Shown: positions 1-11,878, counted from the stretch's first letter. The stretch is 64,000 bases of DNA from Takakia lepidozioides (GCA_030704615.1 CM060732.1:6200001-6264000), one strand, 5' to 3'. Numbers and translations: made by a program. Notes: generated by a model not told the origin, from the sequence alone.

Positions 1-985
1 AGCCTGTCCATTCTGGATCAGACACCAGAATGAGATGAGAGCTCATGTGAATGAGGGCTCGGTAGTGGCAGCTCACATGGTTATGCCATGTTTTGTACCA
101 GAAGTAAGTACAATGATAGTTACCAAAAGCAAGGCTAAACTATTACCTCCAGTGGATGAGGAGGAAGATGTTAATGAAGATGGCAGTGATGTGCATGAAG
201 ATGATGAGGCATGGAGGGATGAGAAGGAACTGCACAAGGAGGTGGCAGAAGCTATAAGAGAAATGCAGAAGGAGACAGATATCCCTATAGTAGAATCAAT
301 AGACTCTGAAGAAGAAAATGATGAAGGTGAAGATGAAATGAAGCAAGATGCTTCACATGTTCAAGATAATGAAGGGGCTTTGGCTGAAGTAATATGCCAA
401 TCCAAAGCTGAGACTACAATTGGGCAGCTATTGGTTGTGGCATCCCATTGTAGACGTGCAGGCTGTATCAAGCAATCAATCAGATTACTCATGTGACAGA
501 GAATACAGACCGGAACAGCAAGGTGACAAGTTATAATGTGAAGCCTGAAGGGCGAGAAACAGTCGTGGACTTTGATGATTCCATGCCAGTAATCCAATTG
601 AGAATTGGAAGCACAGACCTGACTGATGTACTGATTGATGGAGGCTCAGGAGTGAATATCATGACAGACCAATTAAGGCAGAAGCTTGGTTTGAGTAAAT
701 GAAACCAGCCCCATTCACAGTAACAATGGCAAATCAAAGAAGTGTACAGCCATTAGGCTTGATAAGAGGAGTGAAAATACTGATTCAGAAGTTGGTCTTT
801 AAGATCACTGTGACTATATTGAAAATGGATGACGTCATGGAAGCTTATTCCTTATTGTTGGGATGACCATGGCTGAAACAAGCCAAGGTGTTCCATGACT
901 GGAATACTCAGATTCTAACTGTGCGTAAGGATAAGCACAAGATACAAATTTCAACTAAGAAATTAGGTAGACTACCTGCTACTAG
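1..985 (+). pseudogene. Ty3/Gypsy gag C-terminus/aspartic protease fragment (second copy of the family at 6924-34546), truncated by a MULE end
   Basis: Colinear with 25220-26185 (agcctgtccattctggatcagacaccagaatgagatgagagctc...); protease motif LIDGGSGVN; in-frame stops. Confidence 0.9.
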
Positions 986-2052
986 GAGGTTAGCTATTTC
1001 ATGAGCATGAGCGGCATGAGCGGAGTAGTAAGACAATCGGTTTTCATGAGCAGAAGTACAAATTTTGGAAATAAAAAACATTAAAAATATTATTTTAATG
1101 GAATGTGTCAGAAAAGAAAAGAAAAAAACCAATATAATATTCATTCTTTGAAGTAGAAATTGTAGTTTTGAGAGCCGTGCTCATGATATTTCGTCTTCCG
1201 CTCATGCGAATTCCGAGCGACATTTGCAAAAATGGCGCCGAATTTCGCGGTAATAGGTTTCGCAACCGGAGAAATCTGCGACGTATTTCGCGGTAATAGG
1301 TGTCTCCGGCGAAAAATGGTGCCGAATTTCGCGGCTATAGGTTCCAACATGATTGGTGTGTTAAGCCCAAAATTTGGAAATGTGGCGCCGAATTTCGGTA
1401 CATGGTGCCGGGGATTGCACAAATGTTGGGCAGTTCTGGGCCATGTGACTGGAAATTCGGCGCCATTTTTCTAGACATCGTTCCCGTACATGTTGGAACT
1501 TAGCCAGTTTTCGGCCCAAAATAGGGGAATTCGGCGCCATTTTTCCAGAAATGGCCCCCACAACTGTTACTGTTGGAACTCAGTTTTTTGGAAGATTTGC
1601 AAATTTTTCCTGCCGCCATCTTTGTATTGATTCTGTTTCGACATTGAATTGCCACTGGATGTCAACGGATATCCAACAGTCCATAGTGTTTAAAAGACAT
1701 TACCTTAATATTGTCTGTCTCATTCTAGGAGTTTTGGGGTGCATTTCATTACACTGCAAAACAAAGTCTAATGCATCAAAATGTAATTGCAAATATCCAT
1801 ATGGTGGATTCCCTTTGCCCCATCAATGATTTCTGGAATCCCGGCGGAGGAGTTTGTGCAACTCGTTCATGCTCAACGCTGGTGCATGAATAAAGTCATC
1901 AATAGTCAAGTTCATCCTCAACCTCTTCAGGTAAATGTAATACAGATGCTTGCACGGATAATACTTTGGCCCCTTCTTTGCTTCCATCAACGAGAAGTCC
2001 GTACAATTGCAAGTCGGTTCCACTCCAATCGTAATTGTGTATACGTCGTCGC
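986..2052 (-). mobile_element. 3' end of a Mutator-like element: TIR plus SWIM zinc-finger end of the transposase
   Basis: 1926-2052 is the reverse complement of about 63874-64000 (CNCTDF...YPCKHLYYIYL, SWIM CxC..CxH). The terminus GAGGTTAGCTATTTCATGAGC at 986 matches termini at 18207 and 36370. Confidence 0.85.
1229..1560. repeat. Cluster of AAATGG(C/T)GCCGAATTT / AAATTCGGCGCCATTT motifs in the MULE subterminal region
   Basis: About 5-6 copies in both orientations; same motif as the arrays at 38960-40215 and 58420-60260. Confidence 0.85.
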
Positions 2053-2185
2053 AGGACATGCACAACAGGGGCGGGGATTGCAGGTTTTGGAGACCTATGA
2101 GCAGTTGATGTGGGAGGGGGTGAAGTCCGACCACATTACGTTCAGAGAGTTCAAATGCCTCTCCACCATGACCTTGCTTAGCTAA
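2053..2185 (+). pseudogene. Pentatricopeptide repeat (PLS-class) gene fragment
   Basis: AGHAQQGRGLQVLETYEQLMWEGVKSDHITF resembles the PPR P-motif consensus (GyaqhG..eAl.lf..M..eGv.pd.vTf). Confidence 0.7.
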
Positions 2186-2189
2186 CCAT

Positions 2190-2940
2190 GCCTTGCTGAT
2201 GTTGTTGTCTTGCACTTGAGCTGTTTTTGGACACTGGCTGGAACATCCACAAGGCGGCTCTGCTCGAGAGAGAAATCAGCTTGAATGCAGGGGCAGATTT
2301 TGAGATCATAATCGCCACTCAGAACGTTGTTCTTTGCACCGGCATGGCATGTCAGCATGCATATCAGCCCAAACTCATTACTCCATGAGCCTTCCACTGC
2401 CGGAGTGTGCCCATTCAAGCCAGATCTTCGAAACGCAGGGATGGAACGGGGTTTTGAAACCAGCATTGCCTAATTGGATACCCAATTCAGCTCCGCATCT
2501 TGGTCCATTAATCTGCTGCACATTGTGAAGTTTTCTGCCCGTTCACCGCAAGTTGAAGAAGGAGTATTCTTAAAACACGGGTACTCATAATCTGAAAATG
2601 GCTCCAGCTTATGTTGCTTGAGTGCAAATATGAGTGTGGTTGGCTTGGCAGCTCTACATCTGGTCCATCCCACTCGATATGATGAGCAGGTTCAGCTTGA
2701 CTTCTCTCACACAAAAGACGCTGCCAAGATGGGGTTTGCTACCCTAGATGACTTCCCGTCGTTGTTCTGGGCTGCAACATACAATTAATCTGGCCCATGG
2801 CGAGGGGCCTTGCCTTCCACCAATCATCTGTAAGTCCTGTGAAACTGTTTTTGTGGTAGTTTGTAAGCAGTGGGCAGCGATGGTGGGCTGTTGTAGGATT
2901 TGATGAACTCAATGCCGTGTACTGACAGCAACCCCTCATC
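2190..2940 (-). pseudogene. Possible degraded LINE ORF2 C-terminal fragment
   Basis: Short broken frames with weak resemblance to LINE C-terminal Trp/Cys-rich segments; no RT motif seen. Confidence 0.25.
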
Positions 2941-4825
2941 TCTTATGCAAGCATTCAACAAGCCAAGTTGACTGCAGAGCATATTCAGCCCCCCACGTTT
3001 CTAGTTGCCTAATGTTCTTCATCTCCTGGGCAGAGCATTTTCCAGGGTCTCCATCTGTGATGACACACTATCTTCTCATGTGGTTCAGCTTTTGGTCTTG
3101 CTCTTGTTTGCACCACCCCAATGAAGGGCAGTTCCCACCTGCTTGATTCTCTCTATATGGTTGTCTTGGGTCTTGGCAGGGTTTCCCACAACCGCCTTTC
3201 ATTTTCAGACTACCAGTCATCAGCCTCGTTCTCCAATGCTTCACTTTCTTCCCAAGTGAAGTGCTCTCCTCTTTTATGCTTCAACGTCCCTGCAGATGTC
3301 TTTTCCTTCATCTCCCGTGGTGCTTTCGAATGAATGAGCACTGATTTACATCTATTGGCAACACTTACGGTGTCCCTTTCCTTGCATGCCACTGCAAGCC
3401 CGCATTGACTTTCTTGGCAGGGAAGTCTCCTCCTTCTCCCTCATTTTCTGGCTCTGTTGGTGCCCCACTCACCATGCTATCAGGGCTGCACTTATTTTGT
3501 GGTGTTGCGCCAGCCAAGGGCGATCTTTCACTGGTCCGATTGTTGGCAACAGCTGATTGGAGTCTTCTTGGCAGAGTCTCCCACGAGCTCCCATCAATTT
3601 CAGGCATCAGGTTTTCTACCCTGCCCTTCCACTTTTCATAAGCGAGGTGCCTGTCTTCCTCCCTTTCACTCTTCAGCCTCTCAGGCAGATTTTTCTTCAT
3701 GCGATTGCTGCTCCCATACTTCCAGTCCTTGTTTAATTTTCTCCAGCCATCACCCTCAGATTTGACAAGGTATTGCTGCCCTTCCTTGTGTCTTTCCTCA
3801 CTCCCAGCTGCTGGTTTTATCCCAGATTCACCTCTCATCCTTGCCTGGGGTTTTGCTTGCCAAACAGCCCTTGTGTGGGGAACTTCAATGAAAGACAACA
3901 TCTCATTCTCAGCTCCTGTCTTTGTACCTCTTTGCAGCAGTCCAGCCTCGGGTGCCTCACTTTCTGATTGCTGGGTTGCATTCTTCGCCGCCAACCTTTG
4001 ACAAGAAAGTGTGCTCCATCTTCCTCATCTCCTACTGGTTCCCTTGATGCTTCACCTCGTATGTCTTCCTCCTCATGTTTTAGCAGCAGCTCCCATGCTT
4101 GAATTGCTACTTTTCCTCGTAGTTGATCTTGTGCTTTCCTTTTTCTCCGTAGCCTAATCAACAGTTTTGTCTTGGCAGCTCCTTTGCCATGAGTGCCTTG
4201 TCTCACTGCATCTCCCTTGGCTGCCCACCATCCGTGGAGTCTTTCTTGCACTATTCTAACCCTCGTTGGCATGCACTTTGCTGCGATGCCCCACATGTAT
4301 TTGCTGCTCCCTTTAATCATCAACATAGTGCTCCAGAGCCAGTTCCTCATTGTTGACCAGTTGACCTTCTCAGCCTTTGGACCCCATTTTCCCTTCTCCC
4401 ATGTTGCCTCGTCTTTCTGCTTCATCATTTGCTTTACTTGCACGATGTTGCTTCTTCCCTACAGCTCATCATGTGTTGTGGCTCTTTCCCATGTTGCACT
4501 CACTCCCATCATACGTTGTGCAGTTGATAAGACTGAGATGAGTTGATGCAGGATAGGGGGAGGGCTTGCTGGTGTATGTTGTCCGATAGGCCCCATGCAC
4601 AGAGTCAAAGCTAGAAGTCAGCCTTGCAAGGACCCAAGTGAGAGAAGTCTAGTGGGGGTAGCATCTTGGGGGATGGCAGTTAGGGCAATGTGTGTCTAGG
4701 GCAATATATGTCATAGCAGCGGGTGATGTGCTGCCAATTTTGAGGATAGAGACAGCCTGTAAGCTGTAGATTTGTATAAGTGGTTTCTTCTGACACATAT
4801 TGTTCCCAGTTTGCCACAACCAGTT

Positions 4826-4940
4826 GTTTGCGTTTGTAGTGCATGTGCGCGCATGTTGGGGAAGGGCAAAGAGGTCCATGGTTGCATCGTCAAAGCTGGA
4901 ATTGTGGCAGATGTCATTCTGAACAATACCCTTGTGGACA
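4826..4940 (+). pseudogene. Pentatricopeptide repeat (PLS-class) gene fragment
   Basis: VCVCSACARMLGKGKEVHGCIVKAGIVADVILNNTLVD matches the PPR L/S junction (vl.ACa....l..GkevH..i.k.G...dv.v.n.Lvd). Confidence 0.75.
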
Positions 4941-4990
4941 GGGAGTGTTCAACAATATGGCTGAGCGAAGGATAGAGTGTAATGACTGCT

Positions 4991-6072
4991 AATGAAGGCA
5001 CCTTCTTCAATTTCACCTTGTTTTCCCCTCTTATCAGAATCGCCCCTAATTATTCATGTCTGAATTCTGCAAGTTAGCTGGTTGAGTGAAGCTTTGATAG
5101 TTTGGAGTGACTTTGACATGATTCTGCCAATGTGACAACAGGAAAGTATCAGAAACAGGTAACACAGATGAGGAGAAGTTGTGGAATGAATATTTTTCTG
5201 ACCCCAGTCAATGGTGGGACAATCGAGGCAAGAAGGTGAATGTTTGTTGGATTATAGAGAGTAGCAGATGCAATTGAGCGTAGGAACTAGTGTGATAAGT
5301 TGAGTTGGGTGCTTCCTAGAACAAGTCTAGGCTGTCATCGTCAACTGCTAGCAACAAGGCAAGGTTGTATGCATGATTCGTGCAAGGCATGGATAGTTGA
5401 AGGAGCAAGGATAGAGTGTGGGTGCAGATTCACCCAAGAGGGCCAGACTTCAAGCTCCAGATTAACTATGAAGCTACAAGAAACCTACATGGGTAGATGG
5501 TCAACTGGCAGCAACGACACAATTGATAAAATCAGACATTGTTAATGAAGGCATCTTCTTCAGCACATTTCACCCTGTTTTTCCCTCTTATTAGAATCGG
5601 TCCAAAATTTCCATGTTGAATTATGCAAGTTAACTGGTTGAGTGAATCTAGTTTGGAGTGACTTTGACATGATACTGCTATGTGACAACAGGAAAGTATC
5701 AAAAAACAAGTAACAGACATGAGGAGAAGCTGTGGAATGAATACTTTTCTGCCCCCAGTCAATGATGGGACAACCGAGGCAAAAAGGTGAATGCCTGCTA
5801 CATTTCAGAGAGTAGCAGACGCAATTGAGCATAGGAACTAGTGTAATAAGCTGAGTTGGGTGTTTCCTAGAACAAATGTAGGTTGTCATTGTCAGCTACT
5901 AGCAGCAAGGCAAGGATGAATGCATGATTTGTGCAGGGGCATGGATAGCTGAAGGAGCAGGGATAGAGTGTGGTCCAGATTCATCCTAGAGGGCCAAATT
6001 TCAAGCAAAAGATTTACCTATGATTCCCTGTGGATCAATAACTACAAGAAACCTCCATGGGTAGATGGTCTA
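4991..6072. repeat. Diverged tandem duplication of a roughly 520-550 bp unit (about 4991-5502 and 5544-6072), possibly LINE 3' remnants on -
   Basis: Both units start aatgaaggca(c/t)cttcttca and end near ...catgggtagatggtc; colinear throughout. Confidence 0.85.
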
Positions 6073-6449
6073 TTCCGTGGAACTCACTGAAGTCTTGCAT
6101 TATGAGGATCAGAACTGCTTGACTTGCACGAGGCCTTGACCCTTAGGCAATCCCCAGAGCAGCAGTAGCTTTTGGGCTGCTTTTTTACTTTGTGTTTTTC
6201 ATTTTGTCCCATAAGCTCTTTGAGCTTTCCGCAGATGTAATAAAGTACCATTTTGTTTCATTTCATTCATTTTCATTTCATTTTGTTTCATGGCATGTCT
6301 TTTATCGTTTGTGCATTTCTAATGCATGATTAGTTCTCTTGTATGGCATTACTAGTCGACTCACTACAAACACCAAAACTCCAAAGCATGAATCACTATG
6401 AATGATTGTTCAAGTACTTTCGAGCACTTCATGTAAAGTAGTAAAGCAG

Positions 6450-6923
6450 TGGTTGCGCCAACTTCCGCAGTCGCAATTGCCATTGGGCATGTAGCACTGC
6501 AAATTATGTGGTCTACTACCACGTGGCGCCCCGGGCCCGTGGCCACGTGGCAGCAGTGGTGCTCGTCGTGGCGCCGCCACGTCAACATCCACATCGTCGT
6601 CCACGTCCGCGTCCATGTGTCACCGCGCTTCAGTGAGTCGGTCCACTCATCCGGAGGGAAAAGTCAAAGTCGGCCCAAAAGGTCAGACACACGGGCGGCC
6701 CGCCTGGTTACGCCACGTGGTTCTTCAGCATTAATCGCATTAATCGCTGAGCAGTTGTTCGCGCGTCTGCGTCCTTTACCACTCCAATCATTGGATGTCC
6801 AACCCAACTACCACGTCTGTTGTAACTAGTCTGTTGTAACTTCCAGTCGATCCCAGTTTTTTGACTTTTACGACTCAAAATGAGTCGTTACCCCAGTGGT
6901 AAATGACGCGAATGCTTCTAGTG
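6450..6923. mobile_element. Terminus of a CACTA (En/Spm) element, same family as 42371-57012, abutting the 5' LTR of Ty3 element 1
   Basis: 6905-6923 gacgcgaatgcttctagtg equals the TIR with 1 mismatch; 6590-6923 is a near-identical reverse complement of 42371 to about 42720. Confidence 0.9.
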
Positions 6924-7459
6924 TTAGGTGGTTAGAACAGCTTGCGGGCAGATAAGGGGAGCGGCAACGGAAAGAAGGGACACTTCACGGGGAGCGTTTC
7001 TGGGTGATGAAAAGAGGAGATCAGGCGGAGAGCAAGAACGAGAGGACAAAGAAGGAGAAAAGATGAACAGTAGATGCTTATTACATGCAGAGCTGTAGTG
7101 ATACTGTAGGGCGGATTAGAGTCACCTTGACATTGGCCTAGTACCTGATAAATCATAATCTGATACTTATTCGATACAAGCACACTGTGTAGAGAGACAT
7201 GAGGGAAGCTGTGAAATGAATGCATGATAAACTGGAACTAAGTAGATACTGAAGCAATCTGATGCTTCAGTATCAGATAAGGTAAATTGATAACATGAAG
7301 GCAAGAAGGAATACAAATGGGAAGCACAACCATGATTCACTAGCTGCAGGTCATGACTAATTGTACTGAGCGGGCTGAGTGCTTAGAGATATCCAACTCT
7401 TCTATCTTGGAGTTTCCACCTCGGATAGCGAAGGATGGGTGAGTAAAAGCCGCTCGACA
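6924..7459 (+). repeat. 5' LTR remnant of element 1 (3' 536 bp only)
   Basis: Near-identical to 34011-34546; ends ...GCTCGACA; upstream part replaced by a CACTA end. Confidence 0.95.
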
Positions 7460-7461
7460 TT

Positions 7462-7479
7462 TGGCGACCATACTGGGGA
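7462..7479 (+). promoter_or_regulatory. Primer binding site, tRNA-Arg-like
   Basis: TGGCGACCATACTGGGGA 2 nt after the LTR; resembles Tat/Ogre-type TGGCGAC....CTGGGGA PBSs. Confidence 0.75.
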
Positions 7480-7551
7480 CCTGGGTTATGAACAACCAGA
7501 TGTGACAGGCATCTAGTGGGATCATGGTGGTTGGAGAATTAAAGAATTTGA

Positions 7552-8046
7552 GTGAATCAAATTCCCTGTAAAACTGAGAAGGAAAGATTGTCCAAACAAT
7601 TCTTTCAGAGGTTCTTGGAATTGCCAGACGGTTGTAAAGAAAACATTCTTAAGAGAGTGCATGATGCTGACCCTGAGTGGGGTCTGGAGAAAGGGGTGAT
7701 AAAGATTTATCAAGTGGCCTGTAGAGGAAGAGCACGTTGGTTACCAACACTGGTTTATGTGATAGCATTGCTATCCATTAAGCGAGTAGAGTTTGAAGGC
7801 TGGGAGGAAAGGAAGGTGAATGTTTATACTCATATGCATGAAGAGCTTGTACTGGTAAAGAATTGGATTCCAAAGGATATTCTGTGGATCAAACTCACAC
7901 CAAGAACAGCTTTCCGGACTTGTTTGCCATATGGTTATATGGTAACGGAGACTTCTAGTATAGCCAAGGGTGCATTGAAGCTTGAAAGAAACCCAGGCAT
8001 ATACGAGAGATACTACAGAAGAGAGTTTTGGTTATTGCCACATTAA
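7552..8046 (+). CDS. Extra ORF upstream of gag, unknown function
   Basis: 164-aa ORF between PBS and gag with globular-looking composition. Confidence 0.45.
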   Translation: MNQIPCKTEKERLSKQFFQRFLELPDGCKENILKRVHDADPEWGLEKGVIKIYQVACRGRARWLPTLVYVIALLSIKRVEFEGWEERKVNVYTHMHEELVLVKNWIPKDILWIKLTPRTAFRTCLPYGYMVTETSSIAKGALKLERNPGIYERYYRREFWLLPH

Positions 8047-8237
8047 AGAAATGAAAAACATGGGACATGAGTGATGAAAGAGAAGCTAGACTCCAGAGAT
8101 ATTCAGCAAAAAGATAAAGTTATCTGAAAGCTAATTATCCATATCTTTGGGAGAGAGGAATAGACATAGGGGAATCATCTGGACCTCTCACACCATTAAG
8201 ATCAGAGAGTACATCACCCAAACCGGAAGAACTAGAG

Positions 8238-9603
8238 TTGGATGCCACTCCTTCTTTTTCTTTGCAAGAAAGATTAAGGGAATTGGTATGGGAAGAAGAT
8301 CAACCACGAGGTGAAAGATCTGAGGTACATCCCTGGATAAAAGATTTGACAGAAATCTTTGATAAGAGTTGGCATGGAACACCAAAGCAGGAACTCCAAT
8401 TTCTGAGGGAAAGTGAAGAAGGAGGAGAGGATGTGGCAGAGCCAACGGAGAGTTCAGACTCTCCAACACCATTGCAATTGAGTTACATGAGTGAAGAAGA
8501 AACCCAAGGGCAAAACTTGGAGGATGAAAACAAAGAGAAGAAATTGGAAGAGGAAGAGTATGAAGAAGTAGACCCAACAGCTGAGGTTGAGACTACAACC
8601 AGGACATCCCAACCCGTTGGACTTGGATCAAGTGGAGCACTTGGATCACAGGCCAACGAAGGTGTCGGCTCAGGGGGATCAGGCGGGCAGCCTGGATCTG
8701 GCTCTGGGGGGACAGGGAGTGTGGGAAGTAGTGCAACTAGAGCTGGGAATACTGTGAATATCGTGGGGCCAGTAGTAGGGAGTGCTCAGGGACCACCACT
8801 TGGTGGAAGATCCACCACAACTACAACAGGTCCTCAAGGACCAGCACCAGCAAGGGGGCTAGCATATGTCAGTGGGCAGAAGGTAGGGCCACAGATGGCG
8901 TTACAACCAACACGGGCAAACCACATTTTCCAATATATTCAGGAAAAGGGGATCCTGATGTACACGTTAGCCAATTTGAGCACATGTGTATTGTGAACAA
9001 TGAGAATGGCGATGATGCCAAGATGAGATTGTTTCCTTGTTCACTTATCAAGAAAGCAAGTGAATGGTATGCAAGATTCCCTGATAATCATTTCTTAACC
9101 TGGAATGGCTTGAATACAACATTCCGAAATAGGTTCAGGACAAGTAAAACTGAGGATGAAGTGTATGGAAGTTTACAACAGTTAAAGCAAAAGAAGCATG
9201 AAACTGTTGAGGAGTATATGGAAAAAATGGAATTGATGATGAAAAAGCTGGCTGCTGTACCAGCACCAGGTTTACAGAAGACTTGGTTTGTGAGTGGACT
9301 AAGACCAGAGTTGCAAAAGAAAGTGGATAGGTTACCCCATAATACAGTGGATGAGGCATTTGAAACAGCGAACAGAATTGAGCAATTGGGAATGCTTAGG
9401 AGGGAGAAAAGGGATGATGAGGACTCTGAGGATGAGTCAGATGAGGAAGAAGAGCAAGAGCTGAAAAGGAAGAGTAAGAGGAAGGAGAAGTTGAAGAGAG
9501 ATAAATATGAGAAAAGATTAGAAGAAATCTTGAAGAAGTATGCCACAGAGGCTGCAACACATTGGAGGAATGGTGTTTGGTGTGCAAAGTGCCAGAATGA
9601 AGG
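8238..9603 (+). pseudogene. gag: Element 1 Gag, N-terminal part (frameshifted, interrupted)
   Basis: Retrotrans_gag-like RLFPCSLIKKASEWY...LQQLKQKKHETVEEY...WFVSGLRPEL; breaks inside the knuckle CAKCQNEG. Confidence 0.9.
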
Positions 9604-9791
9604 TGTCGTGCGCATACATATCGCTACACAACTACATCGATGTCCAAAACCACACAACACATGTGCACACCACACACTAGTATACCACTAGTCCACCACT
9701 AGTCCAGCCACTAGTCCAACCACTAGGCTACAACTAGTCAGTCACTAGGCTGCCACTATGCTGCCCACTATGGCAGTCACTAGTCCACACA
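9604..9791 (-). repeat. Repeat A (188 bp, U3-side part of LTR), terminal copy
   Basis: Matches 10122-10309 (2 mismatches by eye); rich in CCACTAGT repeats. Confidence 0.95.
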
Positions 9792-9792
9792 A

Positions 9793-10309
9793 TGATAAAG
9801 ATGAAGAATACAAGCACAAGCTCATGCAAGCTCACAAAGCTGAAGCATAAACTCATGCATATATAACCTCATCACTCAAATACAAGTCAAGCCAAGTGCA
9901 CCCCACGCCATGGGGAATCCACACTACGGCGCCATAGCTAGGCGCGGTGAGGCTCAACTCGAGAAAGATGAGCCTCTCGCGCTTGCCATGAAGATAACCA
10001 CTCTAGGGCCTAAATCTGCCTTGACCCCTGGATTGACACTTGGGCCAATCCCAAATGTCAATATGTAAAAGCTAGTTATTTCCTAGCTAGTTTCACACTA
10101 ATGGTAAAATAACTTGACAGCTGTCGTGCGCATACATATCGCTACTCAACTACATCGCTGTCCAAAACCACACAACACATGTGCACACCACACACTAGTA
10201 TACCACTAGTCCACCACTAGTCCAGCCACTAGTCCAACCACTAGGCTACAACTAGTCAGTCACTAGGCTGCCACTATGCTGCCCACTATGGCAGTCACTA
10301 GTCCACACA
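9793..10309 (-). repeat. Complete 517-bp LTR of element 2 (A' 10122-10309 + GC + B 9793-10119)
   Basis: On - it reads TGTGTGG...CTTTATCA, preceded by PPT AGGGGGG-CAAT (10320-10310). Confidence 0.9.
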
Positions 10310-10320
10310 ATTGCCCCCCT
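10310..10320 (-). promoter_or_regulatory. Polypurine tract of element 2
   Basis: AGGGGGGCAAT on - directly before TG of the LTR. Confidence 0.8.
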
Positions 10321-10568
10321 AGCTGGTGCTTAGGTCCCTCTAAGTCCAGGAGCCACAAGATGTGATAGTGACCATAGCCTCACTAAGTCCTCCACCACTA
10401 TCCCTACTACACTCAAACTCGATAGATCAAGAGGCCGGGTGCAAGAGTTGCCCCATCGTTAGTCGCCGTCTTGCAACCTGTAAACTTGAGCTTGGGATCT
10501 CATGTATTGACTCCTATGAGCTTGGCCTCCCATGTCTTGTTAGCTGCCTCCAGTCATGTCCACTGCCA

Positions 10569-10997
10569 CTATCCCAAGCAGTGTGGACACAACCAATCTC
10601 CGTCAGGAACCTTCTCAAGAGGTGGTGTCAAGCATCCCATATGCCAACCCCTTGAGCATCGATCACACACTAGCATGGTGGCTGCCCATTTGGCAGACCC
10701 ACAGAGCATGCACCTCAAACCTGCAGGTACCACTGCCAAGTTTGGGTCAACTCTGCCATCGACATTGGGAAGGTGACATGGCGCACAATTACGCACATGG
10801 TCCTTCCAAGTCATGCCATCCCGACCCTCCAAGATCAGGACCCCTGAGGGCAACACATCTCGAACCCTCAGAATAACACGCCCTGCAGTAACATCCAGAG
10901 TCGTAGGAGCAGTCTGCTGCAAATAAACATAGTCACCAGTGCTAAACCTCCGAACCCCAGGACGATATCCTCCACCACGTATAGTGGCATACCTCAA
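10569..10997 (-). CDS. Integrase C-terminal extension with PHD finger
   Basis: CMLC...MLVCDRCSRGWHMGCLTPPLEKVPDGDWLCPHC is a canonical C4HC3 PHD. Confidence 0.92.
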   Translation of the reverse strand: MRYATIRGGGYRPGVRRFSTGDYVYLQQTAPTTLDVTAGRVILRVRDVLPSGVLILEGRDGMTWKDHVRNCAPCHLPNVDGRVDPNLAVVPAGLRCMLCGSAKWAATMLVCDRCSRGWHMGCLTPPLEKVPDGDWLCPHCLG

Positions 10998-11821
10998 CGT
11001 ATCACGGTGCTGTGCAATGGCAAGGTTCTCAAAGCCATGGGCATGACTTTCTTGAACAACTCTGCACGCTGATTACATGCACGTACCCACACGTCCAGAT
11101 TGTCAAGGTTAAGGACTTGAGGAGTGTCCCTACGAATGGCTGCAGACAAATCCGGCTCTCGGCCAAAGAGAAGGAAATATGGTGAGAAGGAGGCAAGTGA
11201 TGCTTGTTTGCTGAACCTGTAGCCCATGGCTAACCAAGGAACTTGAAGATCCCAATCTCCTAGGTGTCCCTTCTGCAAGCCATACTTGCGCAAACCCCTC
11301 TTCACCGTCTGAACAACTCTCTCTGCTAAGCCATCGGCCTCAGGATGATCCCGAGAAGTGGTGTGGTGGTCTATCAAGGCTTTATCACACAAAGCCTGAA
11401 ACTCCCCCAAGAACTCTCTCCCTTGGTCCGTGAGTACCTCAGTTGGAGCACCAAATCGGCTAAGCACACGATCCAAGAATGCATACGCAGCCCCCTCACT
11501 AGCCTTGTCAGGCAATGGAACCAACTCAATCCACTTGGAGAAGTGCTCCACCATCACCAACACATATCTGTGGTGGCGCATAGTCAGTGGCAACGGTCCT
11601 GCGAAGTCAAGACTCCACCTATAGCCCAATCCCATGATTGGTAAAGGATGCAACTGTGGTGTAGGGGTGTTGAATGAAGTACGCACCCTGTCACACACCA
11701 TGCACCTAGCCACGAACTGTTGCACCTCTGTATGCATACCACGCCACCAATATCGCCCCTGCAGTAAACTGTGAGTGCGTCGCACTCCAAAATGCCCCAA
11801 CTCCTCATGGGCATGCCGCAC
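10994..11821 (-). CDS. pol: Element 2 DDE integrase (HHCC + rve core)
   Basis: HEELGHFG...CMVC; WSLDF, VLTDQGREF, DGLAERVVQT. Confidence 0.95.
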   Translation of the reverse strand: MRHAHEELGHFGVRRTHSLLQGRYWWRGMHTEVQQFVARCMVCDRVRTSFNTPTPQLHPLPIMGLGYRWSLDFAGPLPLTMRHHRYVLVMVEHFSKWIELVPLPDKASEGAAYAFLDRVLSRFGAPTEVLTDQGREFLGEFQALCDKALIDHHTTSRDHPEADGLAERVVQTVKRGLRKYGLQKGHLGDWDLQVPWLAMGYRFSKQASLASFSPYFLLFGREPDLSAAIRRDTPQVLNLDNLDVWVRACNQRAELFKKVMPMALRTLPLHSTVIR

Positions 11822-11878
11822 TAACCGTGCACGCTATGCGGGGTGAGGCACAATCCTCACCCGATCATCCTCCCACAC

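Noticed and set aside
3365-4546. Protein-coding genes (ORFs of about 200 aa on -)
   Set aside because: Charged low-complexity frames without recognisable motifs; probably degraded TE sequence.
2053-4940. A functional PPR gene
   Set aside because: Only two isolated fragments of about one repeat each, separated by unrelated sequence.
6362-6923. Complete small CACTA element from CACTACAAAC (6362) to CTAGTG (6923)
   Set aside because: The ends match only partly, the flanking triplets differ (ACT versus TTA), and no LTR sequence precedes 6362.
9604-10309. Solo LTR of one element inserted in the LTR of another
   Set aside because: No TSD around B or A'. The single AAGG TSD brackets A and B', and PPT/PBS positions define A-GC-B as one LTR.
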